Assembly (NCBI GenBank): GCA_963790805.1
Contig: CAWBPL010000002.1
Coordinates: forward strand, 256,696 to 320,695
From: Candidatus Gottesmanbacteria bacterium
Lineage (GTDB): Bacteria; Patescibacteriota; Microgenomatia; UBA10105; UBA927
Direction of reading: 5' to 3'
Length of the DNA stretch: 64,000 nt
Made by a program: the position numbers and the translations under genes. Within the stretch, counting starts at the first letter, position 1; each line of letters opens with the position of its first letter. The notes beneath the pieces were generated by a model, which searched no databases, was not told where the DNA came from, and saw nothing but the letters and a program-made list of their open reading frames with translations. Of this stretch, positions 53,377 to 62,442 are shown one piece after another.

Positions 53377-53754
53377 CTATTGTATCAAACCCGTTTCTTT
53401 TTTTCTCCACCCGACAAGGACGGGCAATACAAAGGTGAGAAGATAATAGAAATACACATCAATTTTGTAGTAGCCGGTTGTAGGTTTCAGGAGCTTCACG
53501 ATAAAAAGATAATCAAAAACGACGGCAATGAGTGTCCAAATGACACTCATGCCAACGTAACACTGAAATTTATTCCGTTTAATCTTTTTCAGTAATACCC
53601 ACAATGTCGCGGCAACGCCAAACGGCATGATATACCACCCGATAAGCGCATAGGGCACGAACATAAAAAACACGAATCCCAGCACGTACCCGAAAAACCA
53701 CAGCACTACGCCCCACAAAACGGTATTGAGAAATAATTTTGCTTGTTTATTCAT
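53377..53754 (-). CDS. membrane protein, unknown function
   Basis: 125 aa with four hydrophobic helices. No motif recognised. Confidence 0.5.
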   Translation of the reverse strand: MNKQAKLFLNTVLWGVVLWFFGYVLGFVFFMFVPYALIGWYIMPFGVAATLWVLLKKIKRNKFQCYVGMSVIWTLIAVVFDYLFIVKLLKPTTGYYKIDVYFYYLLTFVLPVLVGWRKKETGLIQ

Positions 53755-53809
53755 GCCATCAGTGTAAACGCACGAACAAACACGTGCAGTAATGCACCAT
53801 ACAAATGGA

Positions 53810-54199
53810 TTACCGCGACGATTGAAGCATGCTCACGCGGTTGCCTTCCGAATCCTCGAAGCTTACCCACAGACCGACGCCGGGAATAGTCTGCGGTTTC
53901 CCTAAAATTTTTCCGCCAGCTTTTTTGACCGCTTCCATGCTTTTTTTCGCATTCTCAACGGAAATGACAACCGATGGCTCGGGTTTCCCCATAGTAACAT
54001 TGTAAAAACCGCCGTTGATGGTTCCCGGAGTTTTGACCATTCTGTTTTTATCCGTCTCTGCGGTTTGCGCCAAAACATAACCGCCCATATCAGGACCCGC
54101 ATCAATCATTCCCCATCCGAACACAGACTGATAAAACTGGGAAACGCGTTTGGGATCCTTATATGGCATTTCAAAATGGACAACTGGATTAGTTTTCAT
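53810..54199 (-). CDS. VOC (glyoxalase/bleomycin-resistance fold) family protein
   Basis: NPVVHFEMPYKD..R...FY..VFGW........GGY........G.INGG..., ...D.EGNRV. Confidence 0.75.
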   Translation of the reverse strand: MKTNPVVHFEMPYKDPKRVSQFYQSVFGWGMIDAGPDMGGYVLAQTAETDKNRMVKTPGTINGGFYNVTMGKPEPSVVISVENAKKSMEAVKKAGGKILGKPQTIPGVGLWVSFEDSEGNRVSMLQSSR

Positions 54200-54274
54200 A
54201 GATCATCCTCCTTGTGAACATATTTTAACACAATGTAAGATATCTCACAAAAATAATTACTTTGGGTAATTACG

Positions 54275-55048
54275 TTACACAACCACATTGGGGTACATAT
54301 AGGCGCTTATAATTGAAATAACAAACGTAACAACCAAAAGTATCGCTATATCAAACGGCAACTGGGAATAATCTCCAGTAACGATAAGCGCACGGAGCCC
54401 ATCAACCATATAACTTAAAGGGTTAATTCTCGCCACAAATTGAAGCCATGGCGGCATAATGGCGATGGGATAAATTGCATTAGATGCAAAGAAAAGCGGC
54501 AAGGTAATGACCTGACCGATTCCCATAAAGCGCTCCCGTGTTTTAACGATGGATGCAATAATCATGGAAAGGGCGGAAAAAAATCCGGCTCCCAACATAA
54601 CAACGACGATGACGCCAATAATTGATAAAAAAGTATATTGCAAACGTATCTGAAGAATAAAGGCAAAAAGGAAAATGATTATGACCTGACTCAATCCCCT
54701 GATTCCCGCCGAAATCATTTTGCCCCATACAAGCGCAAGGCGCGGTGTGGGAGTAACAAGAAGTTTTTGAAGAAGCCCCATATCCCGTTCCCAAATGATT
54801 GATAAGCCGTAAAAAATGGCTATAAATGTCACGGATTGCGTGAGAATTCCCGGCGTAATAAATTGTAAATACGTTAACCCGTTTGTCGGAATTGCTCTCA
54901 CCTTACTGAGCGCCTCTCCGAAAATACCAAGCCAGAGAATGGGTTGCACCGCACGAGTAATCAGCTCTGTCGGATCATGCAAAAGTTTTCGCACTTCGAC
55001 TTCAGCCATAACATATGATTTATAAAAAACTTGCCAAATGTAGTTCAT
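54275..55048 (-). CDS. ABC-2 type transporter permease
   Basis: Six TM helices of ABC-2 topology. Start at the ATG 4 nt after the ATPase stop; the 35-codon extension in the track is rejected. Confidence 0.8.
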   Translation of the reverse strand: MNYIWQVFYKSYVMAEVEVRKLLHDPTELITRAVQPILWLGIFGEALSKVRAIPTNGLTYLQFITPGILTQSVTFIAIFYGLSIIWERDMGLLQKLLVTPTPRLALVWGKMISAGIRGLSQVIIIFLFAFILQIRLQYTFLSIIGVIVVVMLGAGFFSALSMIIASIVKTRERFMGIGQVITLPLFFASNAIYPIAIMPPWLQFVARINPLSYMVDGLRALIVTGDYSQLPFDIAILLVVTFVISIISAYMYPNVVV

Positions 55049-55052
55049 AGAA

Positions 55053-55856
55053 TTAATGAAATTTCCTTTCCATTGCACGTGCCCGTTTGACATCGCGAAA
55101 AGTACCGCCCCCCTGCAGGGAGGCACCGGTAAAAAAGATAAACGCATCTTCAAGCGTTGCGTGAGGCGACTTCGTTTTTTCTTTCAACTCGGCAACTGAT
55201 CCGATTGCCGCAATGTTGCCATTATGCATAATGGCAACCCGATCACTAACTTCTTCTGCCTCTTCCATATAATGCGTGGTAAAAAATATTGTTGTTCCAA
55301 ACGTATCCCGAAGCTCAAAGAGGTGTTTCCAGACGTTTCGCCTGGCAACAGGGTCAAGACCGGACGTTGGTTCATCCAAAAAAAGAACGGGCGGATGATG
55401 CAAAATAGCCTGTCCAATTTCTAGTTTTCTAATCATCCCCCCTGAAAAATCCCGCACAAGAGTTTTACTTAATTGTTGAAGTTCGAGAAATGCTAAAACC
55501 TCTTGAATCCGTTTATCCCGTTCTTGAGATGGAATGTCATACAATTTGGCCATCAACATCAAATTTTCATATGCCGTAAGGGTCCCGTCAACAGAAATCA
55601 TCTGCGGCACATAGCCGATCACGCGCCGAACGTCTCCGGGATTATGAATAATGCTGTACTTATCAATAACCGCTTCTCCGCCCATTGGTTTTAGAAGGGT
55701 GATAAGCATTTTGATCGTTGTGGATTTTCCGGCGCCGTTCGGACCCAAAAATGCAAAGACTTCTTTTGTATGAACCGTAAAGGAAATATCGTTTACGGCA
55801 GTAAAGTCTTTAAACTTTTTTGTAAGGCGGCTAACGATAACAATATCCGATTTCAT
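55053..55856 (-). CDS. ABC transporter ATP-binding protein (DrrA/CcmA-like)
   Basis: GPNGAGKSTT, FSGGMIRKLEIGQA, LFLDEPTSGLD. ATG start; the track start is TTG two codons upstream. Confidence 0.9.
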   Translation of the reverse strand: MKSDIVIVSRLTKKFKDFTAVNDISFTVHTKEVFAFLGPNGAGKSTTIKMLITLLKPMGGEAVIDKYSIIHNPGDVRRVIGYVPQMISVDGTLTAYENLMLMAKLYDIPSQERDKRIQEVLAFLELQQLSKTLVRDFSGGMIRKLEIGQAILHHPPVLFLDEPTSGLDPVARRNVWKHLFELRDTFGTTIFFTTHYMEEAEEVSDRVAIMHNGNIAAIGSVAELKEKTKSPHATLEDAFIFFTGASLQGGGTFRDVKRARAMERKFH

Positions 55857-56011
55857 AGACAATGTCGTATAAGATATAGGAACTATTATAGTACGCTTTC
55901 ACTGAAAAATTTCAAAGACAAAAAACAACGCGTTTAAGGGTTCGTTGCGAGAGAACCATGTTCCCCCACAAAAGCGATTAATTCATACCAGCCTCAGTCA
56001 CACGCAATTCT

Positions 56012-57982
56012 TTAGTGAGTGATTTGTAAAATAACTTTGGATTCATTCGCAAATACTGTTTTCAAAGGTAACTGCTTAGTTTCAAAAAACGGTGCGGTTT
56101 GAGTATCAAGATACAAATAGTCAATTTTATTACTTGCTAAAGACGCTTTAATAACATTGTAATTACTACGAGAAAAAATAGTTTTTACAGAACTTCCACG
56201 GTTATGATCGTCGATTACGTGATTAAACTGGAGATTTGCCCCAGAATAAAACATCGGCCGATCTGAAAATACACTCACATAAGGTGAAAGGTAATCATTA
56301 TTGTTGTTCGGATCAACGAGAACTAAAGAGTTTTTTAAAGTCTTTTCTTTTAAATAATTTAATGCTGCTAATTCGCTCGTATGTATAGTAAGAGGTTGAG
56401 TAAAATTATTTTCTATTAAAATAATTCCTCTTGTAAATATGCGAGCGCCGTTTAACAGTATCACAATGAATACTATGCTCATCTCAAGTTTGTGTGGCAA
56501 TTTTGTTATGACGTTTGAAAGCGAAAGAGCGGTGTAGAAAGAAAGCATAATATATACCAAAACAATAAAATTGTACGTGTTCCCTCCGCCCGATTGCTGC
56601 ATAAAAAATAACCCCAATAGAAGCGACACAAAGCAAGCAGGAATGAGAAATACATGAAAAGCAAAGGGAAAATTTCTGAAGGATTTTTTTGTTTGCCACA
56701 GGGCGAGTAATTTTGTTCCAAACACAGCAACTATATACAGGATAAGAAACGCCGTCTCCAAAGAAAGAACACTCATTTGTTTCGTGATTGGTTGTGATAA
56801 TAGTCTCCTTTTTTTTGTAAGGAACATCATTTCATGAATTGCAGGATTTTTAATACTCAGTGTATTCACTAATTCCGTTTCTATTCTCCAAAAACCGCTA
56901 AAATATACTCCTCCAGCATTCTCATTCACGGGTAAGTAGATTGCGAGACTAATAATGAATACCATGATAGTTATAACGAGTATTCTGAAGTTTTTTTTCG
57001 CCAATCCATACAAAGATAAAGACAGCAGTCCAAGTAACGCAAATATTCCCGTATAAACTTTTAACCCGACGAGCATTCCGAAGACACAAATCATCAACAG
57101 TCCGGTACAAAACTCTTGTTTTTTATTCCACAAAAGAAGTAATGAAATACCTGTGAACAATACAACAATTGAAATAGCGAGCGGATAGTTAATCAAAAAC
57201 TTTAACCCGTCTGCAATCGGATCCAGTCCCATGTTCAATCCTTTTCCAAAAACATACAAAATTGCAAAAAAGAGATCTGAACTAAAATAAAGAAAAAATA
57301 ATAGCCAATACATGAATGCTTTACGCATGTTTAATAATTGCGCTATTACAATCGCTAAAAGACCATAGAGCAAAGAAACTAAGAAAGGGAAATATTGATC
57401 CTGAGTATAGAGAAGAGGCAATCGAAATACCCGAATGAGTTCAGCAGGTGCAATAAAACCGAAATAATGATAATTATGCAATACTATTCCATATAGTCCC
57501 GGTTCAAAGGGCGGTATTCTGTGTATCAACTGATTTGTTAATGCCAAATACCATATTTGATCAATTGGTAAAAAATTACAGCAGAAAGAAACAGCCTCTT
57601 TCGTTGGTACAACAATATACCAAACAGGAATTTGCTGCAAAATAACTCCTATACATACAATAAGGATAATCGGAAAATGGGTCTTTACATCAAATGGTAT
57701 CGTCCGTTTTTTTAAAAATATTTGTGAATTACTTTTTATCCAAAATGCCGTGGTAAACAATAGATAAAGGAATGTTCCCCATCGAAGGTTAAGATAGCCC
57801 AAAATATACCCTTGCCAAATCCATAACACCAAACCGATCGACAAAGACAACGTGATCTGTTGAAAACTCGATAGACCTTTTTTGGACAAAAATACATTGC
57901 CTGGGATATAACAAGCAAAAAATATAGAAACAAAAAAATAGAAAAAGTAGAGCCAAAAATGAAAACTGAATAATGTAGACAC
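56012..57982 (-). CDS. large polytopic membrane protein (>=12 TM) with C-terminal soluble domain; possible GT-C-type glycosyltransferase
   Basis: 656 aa, GTG start, hydrophobic to about aa 510, then a soluble tail of about 140 aa. The function call is topology-based only. Confidence 0.4.
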   Translation of the reverse strand: MSTLFSFHFWLYFFYFFVSIFFACYIPGNVFLSKKGLSSFQQITLSLSIGLVLWIWQGYILGYLNLRWGTFLYLLFTTAFWIKSNSQIFLKKRTIPFDVKTHFPIILIVCIGVILQQIPVWYIVVPTKEAVSFCCNFLPIDQIWYLALTNQLIHRIPPFEPGLYGIVLHNYHYFGFIAPAELIRVFRLPLLYTQDQYFPFLVSLLYGLLAIVIAQLLNMRKAFMYWLLFFLYFSSDLFFAILYVFGKGLNMGLDPIADGLKFLINYPLAISIVVLFTGISLLLLWNKKQEFCTGLLMICVFGMLVGLKVYTGIFALLGLLSLSLYGLAKKNFRILVITIMVFIISLAIYLPVNENAGGVYFSGFWRIETELVNTLSIKNPAIHEMMFLTKKRRLLSQPITKQMSVLSLETAFLILYIVAVFGTKLLALWQTKKSFRNFPFAFHVFLIPACFVSLLLGLFFMQQSGGGNTYNFIVLVYIMLSFYTALSLSNVITKLPHKLEMSIVFIVILLNGARIFTRGIILIENNFTQPLTIHTSELAALNYLKEKTLKNSLVLVDPNNNNDYLSPYVSVFSDRPMFYSGANLQFNHVIDDHNRGSSVKTIFSRSNYNVIKASLASNKIDYLYLDTQTAPFFETKQLPLKTVFANESKVILQITH

Positions 57983-58046
57983 GTTCCTTTAAAAATTCCA
58001 GTTACTGCTGGATCCATCTTTATTATCCGACGCCGTCAACAACTTT

Positions 58047-59165
58047 TTATGGGTAACTTCTATCTAAATAACTCCCAAGCACTTTTAAAACCTGTGGCAT
58101 ATTTTCTCTACCAAAGCCCAATCGAAAGTGCGTATCATCATAATTGTATACTGTCGATGGCAAAAGCATCACGTTGGCTTCTTTCACAACTTTTTGACAA
58201 AAATCCAAAGCATGCATTTCACCTTTGAGTTTTGGAAAACCGATTGTTCCTGCCTTCGGCTTAACCCATTCAAACATATCCGAGTGCTTTTCAAAAAAAC
58301 CATCGAGCAGTATCAAATTCCTTTTAATTCTTGCTATATGTTTATCAATGATTTTGTCTTTTGCACGTAGTGCAATGATCGATAACACTTCGCTTGGAGC
58401 ACTGCTGCAAATTGTCGTATAGTCTTTAAATATCATCATTTTTTCATATACGTCCGTATCTTTTGTCACAACCCATCCAATTCGTGCTCCTGCCATGCCG
58501 AAGGTTTTTGACATACCAAAGAGCGATATTGCCCTCTCATACTCCTCACACGCCGAAGGCAACCTGTCATTCGCGTCATATTCTAAAAACCGATACATCT
58601 CATCGGAAAATAGGAAGAGAGTATGTTTTTTCGCCAAATCGATAATTCTTTTATAATCCTCTTTGCTCGGCAAATAACCGGTTGGATTATGAGGAAAATT
58701 CACGATAACGAGTTTCGTATTCGGTTTGATATTTTGCTCAAGAAAATCCGGATTAAATCTCCATCCGTTTTCTTCTTCCGGCTCCCATTTTGTAACTTCG
58801 CAGCCTAAACCTTCGGCAATTTCATATAACGATTGGTATCCGGGAAACATACAAATAACGTGGTCTCCCGCCTGCAAAATGGAGTTAAGAGTAATAAATA
58901 TTCCTTCTTCCGGCGTAACAATAAGTACATTGTTTGGATCAATATGTGTATATAACTTGGCAACTTCCTTTCGTAACAAGGGATTCCCTAACGACTCTGT
59001 GTACCCCAATGGTAATTGTTCCCACACGTTTTTCATCTCTTCATCCGCCATATCTACTAGTTCTTTTTGAAGTAATCCGTCGCAATCAGAACTCGAAAGG
59101 AGATATTTAGCGGAAAATTCGTATTGGGCAAAATATCGCTCTAGTTTAAAAGGCTTCACATGCAT
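58047..59165 (-). CDS. class I/II PLP-dependent aminotransferase
   Basis: FKLERYFAQYEFSAKYLLSSSDC, NFPHNPTG, SKTFGMAGARIGW. TGaTAGAAT lies 6 nt before the ATG. Confidence 0.8.
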   Translation of the reverse strand: MHVKPFKLERYFAQYEFSAKYLLSSSDCDGLLQKELVDMADEEMKNVWEQLPLGYTESLGNPLLRKEVAKLYTHIDPNNVLIVTPEEGIFITLNSILQAGDHVICMFPGYQSLYEIAEGLGCEVTKWEPEEENGWRFNPDFLEQNIKPNTKLVIVNFPHNPTGYLPSKEDYKRIIDLAKKHTLFLFSDEMYRFLEYDANDRLPSACEEYERAISLFGMSKTFGMAGARIGWVVTKDTDVYEKMMIFKDYTTICSSAPSEVLSIIALRAKDKIIDKHIARIKRNLILLDGFFEKHSDMFEWVKPKAGTIGFPKLKGEMHALDFCQKVVKEANVMLLPSTVYNYDDTHFRLGFGRENMPQVLKVLGSYLDRSYP

Positions 59166-59256
59166 ACCAATATTCTATCACGGAAAGAAAGGTTGATTGT
59201 ATGCTCCAAAATATTGGACTTCGCGAAACAAACGGTGTTTGAACAGACATTGGGTG

Positions 59257-59925
59257 TTATTCTATTTTTTCGATAAGACCGTCATGAAGCCAAATAATCC
59301 GATGGACATATTTTTTATCCTCCGGCTCGTGTGTCACCATTACAATGGTTTGTTTCAATTCTTTGTTGAGCTTGCGGAATAGTTCAAGAACAACTTTCGA
59401 CGATATGGTATCCAGATTCGCCGTCGGCTCATCCGCAAAAAGAATTTTTGGATTATTTATAAGTGCTCTCGCAATCGCAACACGTTGCTGCTCGCCTCCT
59501 GAAAGTTCATTGGGATAATGATCCGCACGTTCTCCAAGTCCAACAAGGGTAAGGAGTTCTAAGGCCCGTTTTGTATACTCTTCTTTGTTTTTTCCGAATG
59601 CCATAGCCGGTAAATAGACGTTTTCGAGCGCCGTAAACTCGATGATAAGCGCATATTCCTGAAATACATACCCGAGATATTCCAATCGATATCGCGTTCT
59701 TTCCTCTTCTGATAATACAGTTACGTCAGCATTATCTAAATAGATTTTTCCGCCTGTTGGTACATCAATAAGTCCGAGCTGGTGAAGAAGTGTTGACTTC
59801 CCTGAGCCGCTCCTGCCCATAATGGCGATAAATTCTCCATTTTTTACTTCAAACGAGATGCCTTTGAGTGCCATGGTTGGCACTTTTCCAGCATATGTTC
59901 TTTTCAGATTTTGTATTTTGATCAT
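59257..59925 (-). CDS. ABC transporter ATP-binding protein (MacB/LolD/YknY-like)
   Basis: GRSGSGKSTLL, LSGGEQQRVAIARAL, LFADEPTANLD. Confidence 0.9.
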   Translation of the reverse strand: MIKIQNLKRTYAGKVPTMALKGISFEVKNGEFIAIMGRSGSGKSTLLHQLGLIDVPTGGKIYLDNADVTVLSEEERTRYRLEYLGYVFQEYALIIEFTALENVYLPAMAFGKNKEEYTKRALELLTLVGLGERADHYPNELSGGEQQRVAIARALINNPKILFADEPTANLDTISSKVVLELFRKLNKELKQTIVMVTHEPEDKKYVHRIIWLHDGLIEKIE

Positions 59926-59934
59926 ATTGTTGCT

Positions 59935-61158
59935 TTATCCCCAAATTGACTTAAGAATATCCTCCCGTGCGACAAGCCATGCGGGGATACGCCCCGCAAG
60001 ATACCCTGCCACAATAAAACTTGCGATACTTAAAAAAATTCCGAGCGGCGAAAAAATCAGAATCAAATTCATAAGTCCCTGAATAATCGGTATGGGATGA
60101 GAAATGAGAAGCGGCTGCAAGATAAAAAATACGATAACGACACCCAACGTAACTCCGCACAGAGTGTAAAAAAGGGACTGAAAAATGTAGGCATTAATGA
60201 TAATGCTTTCTTTTATACCTATGGCTTTGAGTATTCCGATCTGGCGTCTCTTATTTATCGCGTTAACATAGATAAGGACAAAAATGGTTACCGTGGCAAC
60301 GACAACACTGATGACACCCACAACGGCAGAAATAAGATCCAGCGCCGTTAAAAATGAGGCGAATGATGCGATGAGATCATTATAGTTCTGCACTTTAAGA
60401 TTGGGTTGCATTTCCTTAATTTTTGATTCATAACTAGCTACCGGGGTATTTGTTGTATCGGTTTTTACTAAAATCTGGCTCGCGCTGTTATAGACGGAAA
60501 GTACTGATTCCGCTTCTTTTGCCGAAATAAATGTTTCATAGATACCCATGAGATCGTTATAGATTCCCTTAACCGTATAGGTCCTCATCACGCCATTGGA
60601 GTACGTAATTTGTACTTTGTCCCCAACCTTCACACCTCCTAAATCGTTGGGTGCCACCTCACCGTACCCGCCGGCAAGCGCCGCGCTCATAACTATTTGA
60701 TCCGTATCCGTATCCGATAGAAATTGTCCTTTCATTAAAAGCTTGTTAAAGGTAAGAACAGCATTTTCATCTGATGGGTCAAATCCGATGATCGTCCCTG
60801 ACACGCTTTTATATTGACCGTTTTTATCCTTATCAAATACGAGCGATCCGGCAAGCAAATAATGCCGGGTGGTTGCGATAACGCCAGGGATACTCGCTAT
60901 TTCTGCGCGGACTTCATTTTGATTGAGGATGAACTGTTTGTGCACCGGCAACTCCTGCGGACTTATCGCTAAGTCTGAGCTTAAGAAATTTTTTAACGCC
61001 TGCACTTCGCTGTATGAGATACCGGTAAGCACTCCCGAAATAAACATCATGTTAAAAAAACTCAGGAACAAAATGAAAATAAGAAGGATAAGCATGGATC
61101 TGCTGCCTTTGCGGATAGACTTATATGCTATAAAAATTGCGGTACGTAAATCGTTCAT
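59935..61158 (-). CDS. FtsX/MacB-type ABC permease
   Basis: TM1, a large extracytoplasmic domain, then three C-terminal TM helices with the FtsX-type KAIGIKE loop. Confidence 0.85.
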   Translation of the reverse strand: MNDLRTAIFIAYKSIRKGSRSMLILLIFILFLSFFNMMFISGVLTGISYSEVQALKNFLSSDLAISPQELPVHKQFILNQNEVRAEIASIPGVIATTRHYLLAGSLVFDKDKNGQYKSVSGTIIGFDPSDENAVLTFNKLLMKGQFLSDTDTDQIVMSAALAGGYGEVAPNDLGGVKVGDKVQITYSNGVMRTYTVKGIYNDLMGIYETFISAKEAESVLSVYNSASQILVKTDTTNTPVASYESKIKEMQPNLKVQNYNDLIASFASFLTALDLISAVVGVISVVVATVTIFVLIYVNAINKRRQIGILKAIGIKESIIINAYIFQSLFYTLCGVTLGVVIVFFILQPLLISHPIPIIQGLMNLILIFSPLGIFLSIASFIVAGYLAGRIPAWLVAREDILKSIWG

Positions 61159-61160
61159 TT

Positions 61161-62351
61161 CTAATTCGGCACAATAATTTTGTCTCCCAAAGATAAACCA
61201 CGAAGCACTTCGGTCTTCGTCAGACCTTTAACTCCCAGCTCCACACGGGTAAGATTTGTGGCACTTGCTCCAGCTTTCTGAATATACGGTATACCATTCT
61301 TTTCAATTATCGCGTTGTTTGGAATAATCAACACATTCTCCCTGCGTGCTGTCTCTATAGTTGCGGAGGCAGTCATGTTCGGCATAACATCGGCTGAAAT
61401 ATTGTTCACTTCAATACCAACCATATAATCAGTTGTTCCCTGTGTTTTTGTCCCAACAGTATCCAGACTCTGAACTTTACCGGTAAACGTTTGACTTGGG
61501 AGCGCATCAAAAACAATCGTTACCTTCTGTCCAATTTTGATTCTCGGTATGTTCACCTGATCGACGGATGCCGTGAAAACAGGATTGCTGAAGTCTGAAA
61601 TCACCAAAACAGGCGGTATGACTCCTGCTGCTTGTCCCGATTGAGTTTGAGCCGCAATTGAAGTTTGAACGGATTGAACTTGATCGCCAACCTGTTTTTG
61701 AAAATTGACAACAGTACCCACGGCAGGTGCGTGAACAGTAATACTTTGTGTCGCGTTGTAGGCAAGCTGCGCGCTTGTAAGCGATGCCTGATCCTTGGCG
61801 ATAACCGCCTGCTGGTTTTTGTAGTTTGCCTCCGCAGCAAGCCAGTCGTCCTGCGCGGTGGTAAAAGGGGTAAGAATTCGGTTACTTGTATTCGGACTAC
61901 TGTCGGAATTCTGATATGTGGAATTCTCCGCTATATCCGTATACACTTTCCACGCGCCGAACATGGCAGACTGTAAACTATATAGGGCCGCTTGATCCGT
62001 ACCAAGCGCCGATGAAGCGGTAAGGTAGTTTGCATACGCGGCAGCTTTTTCTTCTTCTGTTGCTGTGCTTTCAATATACAACAGAGGATCTCCCTTTTTT
62101 ACCTCAATCCCGTTCTTTACATACACCTTCGTGATGATTCCATCGGCCGGAGAATTAACCGGAACCTGTGAGGCCGTGGTATATATGCCGTTTATTAAAA
62201 GCGTATTGACTATCGTCCCCTGCACAACAGTATAGACAGTGTCATTCTTGGAAGGCCGGAAGAGAAAAAGGCAAAGAAGAACAACGAGAACAATTGCAGT
62301 AATAATTGCAAGTATCTTTTTCGCTTGTATGAATGCCAAAAAACTGCCCAT
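61161..62351 (-). CDS. HlyD/MacA/YknX-type membrane fusion (adaptor) protein
   Basis: N-terminal TM helix, lipoyl-like GIITKVYVKNGIEVKKGDPLL, coiled-coil, beta-barrel HAPAVGTV..., IKIGQKVTIVFDA. Start at MGSFLAF, supported by TTGTCG-18-TACGAT-6-ATG. Confidence 0.8.
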   Translation of the reverse strand: MGSFLAFIQAKKILAIITAIVLVVLLCLFLFRPSKNDTVYTVVQGTIVNTLLINGIYTTASQVPVNSPADGIITKVYVKNGIEVKKGDPLLYIESTATEEEKAAAYANYLTASSALGTDQAALYSLQSAMFGAWKVYTDIAENSTYQNSDSSPNTSNRILTPFTTAQDDWLAAEANYKNQQAVIAKDQASLTSAQLAYNATQSITVHAPAVGTVVNFQKQVGDQVQSVQTSIAAQTQSGQAAGVIPPVLVISDFSNPVFTASVDQVNIPRIKIGQKVTIVFDALPSQTFTGKVQSLDTVGTKTQGTTDYMVGIEVNNISADVMPNMTASATIETARRENVLIIPNNAIIEKNGIPYIQKAGASATNLTRVELGVKGLTKTEVLRGLSLGDKIIVPN

Positions 62352-62357
62352 ACATTT

Positions 62358-62387
62358 ATCGTACTCTTTTCTCTCAGAATACGACAA
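62358..62387 (-). promoter_or_regulatory. sigma70-type promoter, leaderless, for the MFP-permease-ATPase operon
   Basis: Minus strand: TTGTCG (62387-62382), 18-nt spacer, TACGAT (62363-62358), 6 nt, ATG (62351). Confidence 0.5.
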
Positions 62388-62442
62388 TAAATGAAAAGAA
62401 TATTTCGTTCTCCTCTTTTAGACGTTGCTTTAGCGACATACG

